Assembly (NCBI RefSeq): GCF_009834535.1
Contig: NC_045697.1
Span: 78,618,001-78,682,000 of the forward strand
From: Camelus ferus
Taxonomy: Eukaryota
Direction of reading: 5' to 3'
DNA: 64,000 nucleotides
The number at the start of each line of letters is the position of its first letter. Position 1 is the stretch's first letter. The notes beneath the pieces are model-generated. The model was not told the origin of the DNA. It was given only the letters and a program-made list of their open reading frames with translations, and did not search any database. Shown in pieces: positions 11,661 through 24,300 of this stretch. Position numbers and translations under genes: made by a program.

Positions 11661-13554
11661 AATATCCATTATTTTGTGCTTCCAACAATTATGGGTCACA
11701 TCACTGACTATTCAGAGGTGGTGAGAGACGTTCCCCCATTTATGGTACACTCACAAACTTAAGAAGGGTGGTGAGGGTGTGACTGGTAACATGGAAAGGG
11801 GTGATGTGATTAAATCCATGGGATGTTAACTTTTCAATGGTGGGGGGAGGAGCTTGGAAAAGGCTAAGTGCTCAGGTTGCTGACTCGTGACTTTTCCTTG
11901 GTGAGAGCCTTGGAGAGAAGCTGAGAAAGCCAGGAGGCTGGGGCAGCAGTATCCTTATTGCTTCCCACAGCCCTCTCAGGTTGTGAGTTTCAAAGCAGGG
12001 CCAGAAGTGTGCTTTAGTGGCCCTCCCTTTATGTCACTGGCAATACCAGGAAGGCTGCAGCCAAGCTGTCTTGTCTTCACCTGCAGGGGTGCTGAGTGAC
12101 CACCATTCCAATCGCCCCTTCAAGCAACTGCTCTTCATTCCGCTAATCAGTCAGAGTTCCATCTTTTTAGGCAGAAGATAGATGCTAGATTTCACTCTTT
12201 TTTGTCTTTACTTGTTGCATAGGGAAAGGGATACAAATGACATATCCATCCTGACAGTCTTCTTTCGGGGTGTAAACAAAAGGAAGAAAGCCTATGACAG
12301 AGTCTCTTCAGAGGCAGCTCTGCAAGGTGAAAACCTCACCTTGACTTAACTCCATTTTTGCAGTCTTATCCTAAAGTCTGCTAATCACCAAACTTGCCCA
12401 AGTGACTGCCCTCTAGACGGCATCTAATTGCATTTCCCATGCCTGAACTATCTCTCCATCCCACATATACCTAGATAAATTCCATCTATTCTTTGAGGTT
12501 TATTTCAAAAATCATTTCCTATTATGAACCTTACTTGACATTTCATCTACAGCATTTGCATTAACTGTTGTATAACAGCATTTTCTGCCTTTCTTTGTGG
12601 TTATTTGTACCCATATCTAATCTCCCCTAACTAATCCCATGTTCCCTGAGGAGACTTCAAATGGCGCAAAGATTCTAAGGAAAAACTACCAGTTAAATTC
12701 CATGAAATCACAGCTTTGAAGTAATGTACAAATACTACCTTTCTGAAATGGAACAGTATAGTGCTGTGGTTTGCATGTGATTAAGTTTGCGCTTTCGATG
12801 TTCTACAGAAGGATTTTTCCCATTCTGGGGAAAATGGAGGCAAAATTCTTTTACTGTTTCAGCTCTGCTTTCTTCTCCATCCACTGTTTCCCATTGTTCC
12901 TCCCCTTCTCTCGTTCTCAACCCTGGGATTCACAGTGTAGAATTTAAAGATTACAGATTAACTGCAATACAGTTTTGGAGGCATACACTACAGAACCATA
13001 AAGATAAATGTGTTAACTATTCCGTTGCTCTACCAAGAAAATAAAATGCTTTTGCTTCCATCTAAACATTCAGCCACCACAAGACAAAATTCATGACATA
13101 TTTTCAGAGTTCTTATGGATTCCCTCTGGATATATGTACTCAGAGTGTCTCAAATGTATTTTAGGTGAATTTACAGTTAGAGCAGCCTTGTTCAGGTTTG
13201 ACAGGGAGAATATCAAATTCTATTGAATTTCAAGTTGCCAAAGTGTTCTTAGACAGCCATTCTGTTTAATACTGGAGGATGCATCACAACTGTCAGGTAA
13301 TTTTGCAATTTGCCTATTACTGGGTGTCATTTCTAAGGGATAGATTTTTTTCTGAGAAATAATTCTAACAAAAATTTTGTAGAAATTTTCTAACAGAAAA
13401 ATTCTAGGCTGACAAGGGACTCTAGATATTTAACATTACCTGGGTAGTATAAATAAACCGCAGTGGTAACACAGGAATGAAAATTCATATTCAAATACCA
13501 TATAAATATTTGGAATTTGAGTTTTAAGTTTATATCTTCTTTATGCAGATGAGG

Positions 13555-13770
13555 TAGGTATAAGAATTGGATTCAGACAGGCATAGGTTCAAACTCTGAC
13601 TCAGCCAATTTTTTGCCAAATAATCTTAGACAATCTGCTTAAATTCCTGAGCTTCAGTTTCCTTATCCATAAAATAAAGTTAATAGCCAATGAGAGGATG
13701 GAATACGATAATCAATGTAAAATGTTTAGTGCAGTATTTGGTGCTAATCATTCCCTCATAAATGGAGATA
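13555..13770 (+). mobile_element. MIR SINE
   Basis: 'ggattcagacaggcataggttcaaactctgactcagcca...ctgagcttcagtttccttatccataaaata...tgtaaaatgtttagtgcagt'. Confidence 0.7.
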
Positions 13771-16104
13771 CTAATCAACTTTTCCCTTTAAAAATACTGC
13801 AGATCATTTAGTTGCAAACTCTTAAAATACCCATGGTATATATTACATTTGTCAAATAATTGTAATCCTTTAAGATTTACCATACAATTTCAAAAGGTTA
13901 ATATTCCACTGTTTTGCAAAAATATTAAACCCAATTCTGATACATTAAAGTCAGCTTTATGATTGCCTAGTGACTACAGTTATTGCTATGATAGTAAGCT
14001 GAAAGCTCAGTAAAATAGTATTAGCTTAAATACAGTATCCTTGTAGAAAAGACAAGAGCTTTTACATCAATATACAGCACATTATAACAGTGACCCAAGA
14101 GTTTCATGAAGCGGTTTTTTGCAGAGTGTTTTATCAGTAGAAAACAGACTGTGCTCTCAATCCATTCAAAAATCTAGCTGGAAAGTTAAAACACAGAGCA
14201 CACACAAAAGCAAAACAAAAACCACAAAAGCCAACTTGGCTCATGGCACACATGGAGAGGCAGCTGAGGAAAAGTTTAGGTAAAGTTTTCTGTTAGGAAT
14301 AAATTTGAGGTGGAACTTTGATAAATAATTGGAAAGGACAGAAGGAAGAATGGAAATGAGTAAAACAGGTCACATGGGCGATCATGTCTAGATTTTTTCT
14401 AAAGAACTTCAACATATGTGGATCATGGAGATTCTATAGCCTGGGCTGTGAGCAAACTTATGCCCCCAGTGTGTACTTTTGTATTAGGAATTTGTGTTAC
14501 ACAATGTGAATCAAATCAGAATTTAAGAATTTCAAAGAAAGTATTTCTGATATTCAGAGTTTTTCAGCTTTCATGGCCGTATACTCTCTCTGCAAAGATG
14601 TCATGAAAACAGACAAAATAGATAAATCACTTAATTAGATATTCATAAATTTTAGGAAGTATCTTAGTATGAGAAAAAAATCCATAAAAGATGTAATGCT
14701 TAGCGAAACTCTGCAGATGACTTCAAGAGAGAGGGAGAGGGAAAGAAAGGAAGGAGAAGAAGAGAGGAGCAGGAGAAAGAGTGGGAGAGGGAATAGCTAA
14801 TAAATGAATGCATGATCATTAGGTGGGGAATGTTTCTATCACTCATAAAGTAAGTCCATAACTATTATATAAGGTATTTTAGTTGTACCCCCCCCCCCAA
14901 ATAAATTTACCTAAGACCCATTTGAAAAACTAATGCTTCTCTAATAGAATATCATGTTATGGGCCATTATTTACATGTAAAAAATATATTGCTAAGTTGA
15001 AAATGTCAGAGATTTTCATATAATGCTAAGTGACCATGTATTTTGAGAAGAAACAAGTTTTGCTAAATTGTAAGAGTCAGTCTAAGAAATAAAAAGTATT
15101 GGGGCTAAAATATTAAAAAGAAATATTTAATTTTCCTTTTTTATTATGAGAGAAATTTTAAAAAGCTAAAATAATTTGTATGAAAGTAGACAGATTCTTC
15201 ATTTAGTGAAAAGCGAGGAATAAAGGCAACATGTATGTAAACTGACCAGATGTTTATGATTAGTTCCTAGTTAACCTTACCCAGCTGGCTAAGGATGATT
15301 TTTATGGAGGAGGAGCATTGCAGAATGCCACATGTTTCTATAAATCATGAGTACGGCAGCCATGGTCCTGGGGTAAAAGAGTTACACATCCCATTTGGGG
15401 TAACCTCTTCAAATCACACCGTATAACATAAGAACAACCATCACTCCCCAACACAGTATCTGTTTCCAGTTTCCTCCAGCATTTTGATGGGTGTCATTAT
15501 GTGTCAGCCTGCATTCTGTTTTCTTATGTTGTAACACATTGTATGGGGTTTTGTACCAGGTGAAGTCCATTACAATATTTTGCATTAGTATCACTGGGTT
15601 GGGAAAATATACAGGACTGTCCTTTTACATACATTTTTGTCTTTGGTTATAGGTTGTTGCCTTACTGTTCAGGCCTTGATTTGTATCAAGCTCTGTATTT
15701 CAATTTTAATTTAAAAGACTCTCTTAAGTGTGACTTAACTAGAACTTCACTTTTTCATCCATTTCAAAAGATAAAAATGTGTATTTGTACACCAAATATT
15801 TAAATTCAAAAAGGAAGGAAGGAAGGATGGAAGGAAGGCAATGGAGGAAGGGAGAGAGGAAGGGTAAAAAAGGAGAAAAGAAGACAAAGAAAAATGAGTG
15901 CCATTCTTTTTACTGAAAACTAATAGAAAGATACATTCAACTTATACTTTAATGGTGACCATGTTGAGTTTTCCATTAATATTGTATCACAAGCATTTTA
16001 CTATGTTGTTCAAAACCCTTTAAAATCACTTTGATAACTGTAAAATAGTTCATCCAATAAAGTAAGCTAAAACTAAGGAAAATTGAATACAATATACATT
16101 TTAG

Positions 16105-16258
16105 TTTATTGGTACATTAGTTTTGACAAATGTACCACAGCAATGTAAAATATTAACAATAAGAGAAACTGGGTTCAGATTATACTGGAACTCTGTACTC
16201 TTCTCTGCAACTTTTCAGCATATCTAAAACAACTCTAAAATTAAAAGTTTATTAAAAA
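16105..16258 (+). mobile_element. L1MC-type 3' end
   Basis: 'tattggtacattagttttgacaaatgtaccac...ggaactctgtactcttctctgcaactttt...tctaaaattaaaagtttattaaaaa'. Confidence 0.7.
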
Positions 16259-16489
16259 TTACTTGACTTTTTAAAAATCAGTCATTTAATTTTTTTCTAA
16301 AGCATTATTATGAGGATTAGGTATTAATATTTTTTATCATTTCCTATTGGAATATTTCTTGAAGTGTACTTATAATATCAAAGTATGAATATTATGAATA
16401 TATCCACTGATTGTTTTAGAGAAAAGTTGTATAAATTTGCATTTAACCAACAGTATATAAGAATTTCCTTTATTCTATATCTTTCCCCA

Positions 16490-18490
16490 ACAATTTATTA
16501 TAAAAATTGTCAAACATACAACAAAGTTAAAAGAATTTTACAGTGAACACCACATATCCATCACCTAGATTCTCTCATTTTACTGTATTTGTTATGACCA
16601 ACACCTATTAATTTATATTTTAATAAATTTCAAATATATTGCAAACTTCTATTCACTTGTTGATAAATACTTCACCATACATATCATTACTCAGAATTTA
16701 ATATTTGTTTAAAGTATTTTCATATAAAGCTTACAATGAAATGCACAAATCTTAATCATGAGCATTTGACAAGTGTATATACTAGGGTAAACAAAACCTC
16801 TCTCAAATATAGAGAATTGTCATCACTCTCAAAATTTTCCTTGTGTCCCTTCCCAGTCAATCCCCAGTCCTACTTCCTCCCTGAACCTGAGGCAATTACT
16901 GCTCTGATTCTTCCACCACAGATTAGTTTTGCTTGTTCTGGATCTTAATATAAATGAATTCATACAATATGTACTCTCTGTGTAGGACTTCTTTCACTTT
17001 GCATAATATTTTGGAGTTTGGTCTATTCTGTGCTGTTAGTTTGTTCTTTTTTATTGATGAGTAATATTTCATTGCATAAATATACCACTATGTCTTTATC
17101 CACTTTTCCAGTGATGAACAACTAGGCTATTTCCAGTTTGGGCTATTATAAACAAGGCCACTTTAATATTATTTATAATTATTTTGTAAATACAGGGTTC
17201 ATCTGTCTTAGAGTGAAACTTTTGAGTCATAAAACAGGAGTAAATTTAGTTTTACAATTGACAGCACTTTGTCCAATGTGGTTGTATAATTTTACATTCA
17301 GGCTAACAGTGTATAAGACTTCTAGTTGTTTCACATCCTCACAAATATTTTGTATTATCAGATCTTAAATGATAGCCATTGTGGTTGGGCATGTAATGGT
17401 ACCTCATTGTGGTACTAATTTGCATTTTCCTAATGACTAATGGTGTTGAACACATTTTCATATCCTTTGTGACTATTGATAAATCTGTTTTGTGAATACT
17501 ATTATAAAACATTTTGTCCATGTTTAATTGGGCTATTTGAAATTTTTATTTTTGACTATTAGAAATTCATTATGTCTTGGATATCAGTCCTTTGTCAGAT
17601 ATATATCTTGAGAATATTTTCTCTCCATCTAAAGCTAGTCTACTCATTTTTTTTTTTTTTAAATGGAGGCACTGGGGATTGAACTCAGGACCACTTGCAA
17701 GGACACTCTACATTGAGCTATTACCACCCACCCCCTTAAATTTTTTAATAGTGACTTTAGATGAGCTGAAGCGCTTCATTTTGGTGAAGACTAAGTTACC
17801 GATTTTTCTTTTCTCTTTACTGCTTTCCATACGCTAAGAAAACTTTGCTTACAAACAGATGACAAAGATATTCTCTTATATTTTCCTCCAAAAGTTTTAA
17901 ACTTTGAATTTTTAGGTTTAAGTCTATAATCATCACATGTGTCTTTTTCATATGTAGTAAAGTAAGGATTGACAGAGTTTTTTCTACATATTCTTTTCCT
18001 CTATTTTCTTCTTTTCTATTCCTTTTCTATCTTCTTAAGGTTTCACTCAGGCCTTTTAGACTTTCTTATTTGCTAATAAACAAACCTAGAGCTTTCAATT
18101 TTCCTGTAAGTACCGCTTTAGCTGCACAAATTTTGATTAATTGAATTTTTATTATTCATTTTATAATATTTCCTTTCTTTTTGATCCTTAGATGGTTTGG
18201 AAGTTTTCTGTTTAACTCCTAAATATTTAGTATTTCCTAGATATCTTATTGTTATTTATTTGTCATTTTATTCCATTGTGGCCAGATACTATACTCTGTA
18301 TGATTTCATTATAAATTTATTGAGATTTGTTTTCTGGCCAAATGTACGATCTTTCTTACTTGCTGAATGCTTGGAATTCATTTGAATTCCAATTGAAAAG
18401 AGTGTGTATTCTAGGTGTAGTGATCTACAAATATAAATGATCTAGGTGATTAATAGTATTTTCCTGATCTTCTATGTATTTACTGAATAA
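16490..18490 (-). mobile_element. Old L1 fragments (3'UTR and ORF2 end), antisense
   Basis: ORF 17339-17521(-) contains KMCSTPLVIRKMQISTTMRYH, the L1 ORF2 C-terminal motif. Surrounding sequence is typical L1M 3'UTR. Interrupted by a SINE. Confidence 0.75.
17647..17735 (-). mobile_element. tRNA-derived SINE, camelid Vic-1-like
   Basis: Reverse complement: gggggtgggtggtaatagctcaatgtagagtgtccttgcaagtggtcctgagttcaatccccagtgcctccattt followed by poly(A). Contains a Pol III A box (TAGCTCAATG) and B box (GAGTTCAATCC). Confidence 0.85.
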
Positions 18491-19729
18491 TTTCCTGAAC
18501 AATTGGTTTCAATTTCTTTTTGGACAAATAACCCTAAACTTCTGAGGCAAAGAAAGTAACTGAATTGTCAATGGCCTAAGAAAATATAACTGATTTATAT
18601 ATAGAGTTTCAAAAGTAGGACTAATACTAGTGTCTCAGAAATATGCCAGTATGTATGTGATGGTTACAAAGACTCCCTTGGAGAAATGTGTGTGAAGACA
18701 AGGAGTCAAAAACTTTTAAATACTTGTGACAATTTGGGGACTTTGAGCCAGAGAAAGGACAAAATGGTTTCTCAAGCATCATTATGAAGTGAGTAACATA
18801 GCAAAAGTTTTCAGAAAAGTATAATATGAGAATAGCATGAAAAAAGAAAATGAGAGAGAACGCCTAGTCATTGGCACTGAAAAGAGCTGTTAAATGCAAA
18901 GAAAGCCTAATTCCTAACTGGAGCAGTTTCACATATTTTCCCACGAAGTAAACCCAACATCCCTATATGGAGTCACTAAGATTTGCGATGTCTCATTATA
19001 CTCCCCTTTAGTGGTCTCCACCATTTGAAGGAAGAGAAACTGCAAAATCACAGAGATGTGGTTCTCCTACTAAAAATGAGCTCTTGGAAAATATCCGTAA
19101 CTCACAAAACAGGTGCCAAAGCACTAGTTTAAATTAATTTCTGCCAACACTCCCTGCCATTACAGTGTTTAACTTCCTTTTCTACTGCATCAGCACCACT
19201 CTCATTCCATTTAATAACCTCAGATTCTTCCTTAAAACCTAATTATATAGCACAATCCGAAACAGGCCTATGAATCAATAGAGATCATTTGTCACTTTTC
19301 CTAAAGAAATACCTAAAGGGCTAATTTTACATTAAGTAGCTGACTTTTTTCTTTTGAATTTTAGAAGGGAGAATTCTCTCTATTGAGAGTGGTAAAACTA
19401 TAGGCACAGCATCGATTTCTATCAAACTCTAATGTACTAAATATGAGTATACTGTCTATATTGTGATAAAAGGGATTAGAATAAACTTTGATCCAGTAAA
19501 GAAAAAAAGTTACGTTCTGATGCTTTCAGAATTTGAACTTAAGTAGTTGAGATCTATTTCCTTGCAGTCTATTTCATGTATTAATAAAAAATGCAATCCC
19601 TTGAGTTATAAACCTATTCCTGATTATTGTCCAAACAGTAAATAAACATGATATACTAGAAAAAAGTTTCATTCTTTTATCAAAAAATGGCAAGGTGACT
19701 AGGTAGAGGAGGTTCTAGGTACAATAAAA

Positions 19730-20765
19730 ATCCAGTCCTCACTTTGTATGGTGCCAGCATGCATGAATTTCAGTCACCACAGTTACGTGAAATAATACCA
19801 GTTCTTCTATGACACAGTACAAATTTCAGTTACCACAGTGCATTAACTGAGAATAACTGTAAAAAGTATAAATTTCACTGCTAGCTCTTCAGTTCACAAC
19901 TCACTATATAATAACAGATGCCTATGATGGTCAAAGACTGAGTACGTCACTTCTTTTCAAGTCTGCCAAGGCTTGGTCACCGTGTATCTGTTTTTACTTC
20001 ATACATAGACAGCAAAGTGCATGGCTATGCTGTCTCCTTGCCTCAGTGACAAACCCACATGCCATTTTACAAAACTTGGTAATTAAAAGGAGGAACTGGC
20101 TAATAAAGATGAAAGTACAGCAAAGAAACAAAAAATGATAATGCTGGAAGTGAAAGTTGAATCAAATATAAATGGAGCTAAAGAAGAAACAGCTGACTGC
20201 ATGGATGCTGACATTGCTATATTCAAGAGACTCCCGACGTGGAGCCAAAGGAACTGAGTAAAGACTAATCTATTGACATAAATAAGAAACGTGGTTGTGA
20301 TGACAACATCCCAGAAGAAATGCTGCTGGCAAAAAGCTTCACATGAATGCAACTCTCAGAGCTATTTCAGGGCACTGAAAGTACAAAAGATAAAATGTTG
20401 GAAGCTGACCCAAATTTAGAAAGGAATATGACAGTTCACCAAGGCATAGAAAAGATGCTCAGTCCAAACAGTAAGTTATATGATGAAAAGGCATGCAGAG
20501 TTCAGTGTATTCTTGGCAGGTTTTTTTTTAAACAAAGATATAAAACATTCTCATTTATTCTAATGTTTTGAATTTCAGGATACTAAACAAATGTTAGTTT
20601 ACTATTTTTTATTTCCCTGTACATTTGTAAATGACAGCAAAATAATCTTCAATGTTTTCACAAAATTTTTTTAAAGATATGGAGCAATTTTAATTTTTTC
20701 TTATTGATTATTAAAAATCATTTTACTAGGTTTCTGTACAATGTTTGGTGGTTAGCGCTACACTA
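19730..20765 (+). mobile_element. Tigger (pogo/TcMar) internally deleted element, Tigger6-like
   Basis: Starts 'cagtcctcactttgtatgg...catgaatttcagtcaccacag'. Decayed transposase N-terminus (ELANKDESTAKKQKMIMLEVK) is joined to C-terminal residues (LSELFQGTESTKDKMLEADPNLERNMTVHQGIEKML, ORF 20347-20571). Confidence 0.8.
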
Positions 20766-20774
20766 GGAACCCCC

Positions 20775-21350
20775 CAGTGCCAATCTGTCTAGATACTGTC
20801 TCTTAGGAGCTCCACTCCTTCAGAGAAGAATATTCTCATTTTTTGCCTGGATGCTGTCCTGGGAACAAGGCAAGGAGAGAACAGACTGGAGATTCTGATT
20901 AGTCAGGATTCAAGCTTTCATCTAATCCCTTGGTGTCAGCTCTGTGCCTCACCCCGACCTTCAGCTATACCTGTGACCCATATTCTCAATGAATAAACAT
21001 CCGGCTTGCTGTGTGTGGGTGTGTGAGTAGGTCAATATGGGTGGGTAGCAGGTTGGGAAAGGGAAACTAAAGGCCCATTGTGCTGTCTATAGACTTTAAC
21101 CTGATTGCTTATTTCTAGTTCAATGCTTATTTCTAGTCACAGACATAACTTAGATTGGAACTCCCTTTGCTCTCTCAAGAGTCAATTGCAATTCTTGCAT
21201 CATCTTTACAATTTCACAAAATTTCTTAAAATTTATGTTATATTCTAACATTCCCTTGCTCTGGATAGTTAACAGAGTTTTTTCCTATTTTGGTGGGTTT
21301 GGGTGGTGTTTTAGGAGGAAAAAGAGATAAACACATATGTTCAATCCATA
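20775..21350 (-). mobile_element. Probable very old L1ME/HAL1 5' region
   Basis: 'ctttcatctaatcccttggtgtcagctctgtgcctcaccccgaccttcagctatacctg' resembles antisense L1ME/HAL1 5' sequence. Weak. Confidence 0.35.
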
Positions 21351-24300
21351 TCTTTCAGCATATTTTGTAGGGGAGAAGTGAAGACAACACAATCCAACAA
21401 GAGTAAAATTACTTCCATCCTCAGGCCCAAGAAGAGTTGAGAAAATTAGGTCTAACAATTGCATTTGAGAACATTATATTACGAATCAGTTAGTACTAAG
21501 TATGGGGCTTTTATTTATTCCTGATGTATTTCACAGTATTTCTTCTGTAATTTTGACTATGAACTGAACTGGCCTCACATTTAATCCAGGAAAAGTGGGA
21601 AAGGTTTAAGCATTAGCTGATGTAAAAAATTTTTTTAAAAAAGATAAAATTATGCTTTATTTTACTCATTATGGGCAGATTAAATTATATTTATTTAAAT
21701 ATGCTGTATTTTGAAAGTTTTTATTTTCTGAAACTATAAGGGAATATTGGCATTTGCGATAAAATGTCCTGCATGTAAGAAATAAAATTTATTTAATGCA
21801 ATATTATATTTATATATGGATAATTTTTTTTAATTATGATAATTGAAATATTTTGAACCCAATGAAATTTTGTAACTTTTAAGAGCTTATGCATTTTAAT
21901 TTTTATAATTAATGAAAGTCAATTTTCATATGCTTTAATGTTTCTGAATGAAATAAACAATTTACCAACTGTACCCAATAATAATTCAGTCTGAATCACA
22001 GGACTCAGATCTGTGGATCTGTCAGAGAGCTAAGGAGGTCATCTGACCTACATAGCAGATTTCTTTTTAGTGAAGTAAAATAATATTTTATGTCCACTTT
22101 ACAGGTGAGGTGACTGATCCTCATGATATGGTTTCTGCCTTTACTAAGATAGGAAACTTTCTCCTGCTCCCCTAGACCAGTGCTTGTAAATTCAGAAGGG
22201 AAACCCTATTACCAATAGAACTAGGGGCAATATTCTCAAATAAAATAATTACAAGACAGGCAATATTGTTAAAGTCCCTCAGAACAAGACAGTCTGGACT
22301 ACTGTTTGTTCCCAGTGCCTGAATCAGCCTTCCCACATCCCCACCCCAGTAAAACTACTCCCAGGTTAATTACTCCTCCTTTACATCTCTTCACTCTTCC
22401 TCCCAAGAGCCCAGGCAGTGGGAGAACTACCTTCCCTTTCCTTCCTACTGTATAACTCATAGAGCCACAGTCAGTGTATGGTATTTCAATTGCTGGTGTT
22501 CAAAGATGTGGGCAAATACCAACTGGTCTGGAATTGAGATACCACAATCATTACATCTTTCGTTTAAAGCACACTTTAACCTCAGGTGCCATAAGGCAAA
22601 AGGTTAATGCATCAACCTGCTGCCAGGTGTAGCCCCCTTGCCCTATGGTCTTGTTTTTTTGCCCCAGCCTGGTACCTATTTCGATATACTTTACAGCTAG
22701 TAGGTAAATATGACATTCAGATTTGATTCTCAAGAGCCCTGAAAGTTACTGAGATAGTAGTATCTCAAATAATAGGTGTTAAGGACATTTTCCTTTTTGA
22801 GGTTTACCTTTTAAAAATTCTTTTTTTCCCCATCTGTAATAAAGTCAGAAAATGTTGCTTTTGGTATATTTAGGTAGGTAGAAACAAATGATGTATCAAT
22901 TATGTTTAAACTTTCCTTTCGTAAAATTATTTAAATATTTACATCTCATAGACAAAATATTTATTATGATAATAAATATGTGTTTGATGAGGGTGGGGAA
23001 ATAGAAATAAAATGACCTCAGGAATGGAAATTACACAGTCAGTCTTCATGTAATTTTAGTATATGGTACACCATATGTTCTTACAGGTCCATTTAACATA
23101 ATTACATATTCTTAATCTTGTGTTTTTGTTGTCATATATTTTATCTATTGAATTTTCTTATTCATATACCTATACTTAATATATTAACTCAGAAATATAA
23201 GTATTGTTATAACCAGTAATATGCCCATACTTGGAAAACCAAAACAGGAAGAAAATACAAATTAACATAAGACCAATGTAATTTCTGGTGAAATGACATG
23301 AAACTAAACCAAACAGTGTGACTTCATCTGCTAATTGACTAGTTAAATCCATACTTATGAGAGAGGTTTACCAAATGTGCATTTAAACTGGCAGGTGATG
23401 TTTCTACCATGATAATAATGCCGTCATTCTTACTCTTTCAGATAGCTGGGAAAACTAGGGGCAACTTTTCCTTCCCAGGGTGTGGCAAGCTGTAAAGCTT
23501 TAAGCTGATTAAAAACAAAAACCTCTTTGAAATCTAGGGATCTTGTCCTCAACAAGCATGGAGCTAATATTTCTCCATAGTGAGACAAGCCTGGACGTAA
23601 GGAGACAGGAGATTTTTAACACTGCTATTGTCTTCTTACTTTACACTCCTGTTATTTTTTAATTGTTTAAAGTTTACAGTTAAACCTTAAAAGTTCAGTT
23701 TCTTCCTACTTTTTCTTTTATATTCTTTTTAAATCAGTGAATTGGTGGTGAACGATCCAAGTCTTATACCTGTGCACTCATTTCTTTTCTTTTAGTTTCA
23801 AGCTTGTGAGGAAATTGAGAGCCCAAACAACCTCTACACTAATTATGTTCTCCTGAGCATGATATGGAATCACCCTGTAGTGTTTTACAAAGAATGAGGC
23901 TAGTTACCTGCGAGAATACTCACTGTGGTATGTAATGCTTTAATTTATGAATTGCTCACTGAATTTTCTGTAAATTTTTTTAAAATACTGAAGTATCATC
24001 AGGCTATTTATGAAATGATGACAAAGGGAGAAATAAAAGGGAATGAAAGAAAGAAGCAACCAAAAGAGAACACATTTCTATGCAATAATTACTTAGTTTC
24101 ATGTGGTATGAATTTTGATGAGATAAACAGACGAACGTAAGGGATACAAAAACTTTTAGATAAACTTTTTCTGTAGTTGAGAGAGCGAGCAAGAGAGAGA
24201 GAGAAACGGTATGCAAGATAAAAATATGAATTCACTTAATCATTTATGTATTCCTCACCTTGTTTCACAAATCATTTCAGACAGATATACTTAGAGCTGG

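Noticed and set aside
11700..12400. GC-richer block, possibly an ancient Gypsy-like LTR
   Set aside because: No termini, TSD or diagnostic motif that I can confirm by eye.
14725..15895. Purine-rich GA/GGAA tracts at ~14725-14795 and ~15810-15895
   Set aside because: Ordinary low-complexity simple repeats.
17660..17735. tRNA gene
   Set aside because: A and B boxes are present, but the anticodon arm is broken and there is a poly(A) tail, so it is a SINE.
21038..21063. G-quadruplex-like gggtgggtagcaggttgggaaaggg
   Set aside because: One loop is long, it lies within probable old LINE sequence, and nothing suggests function.
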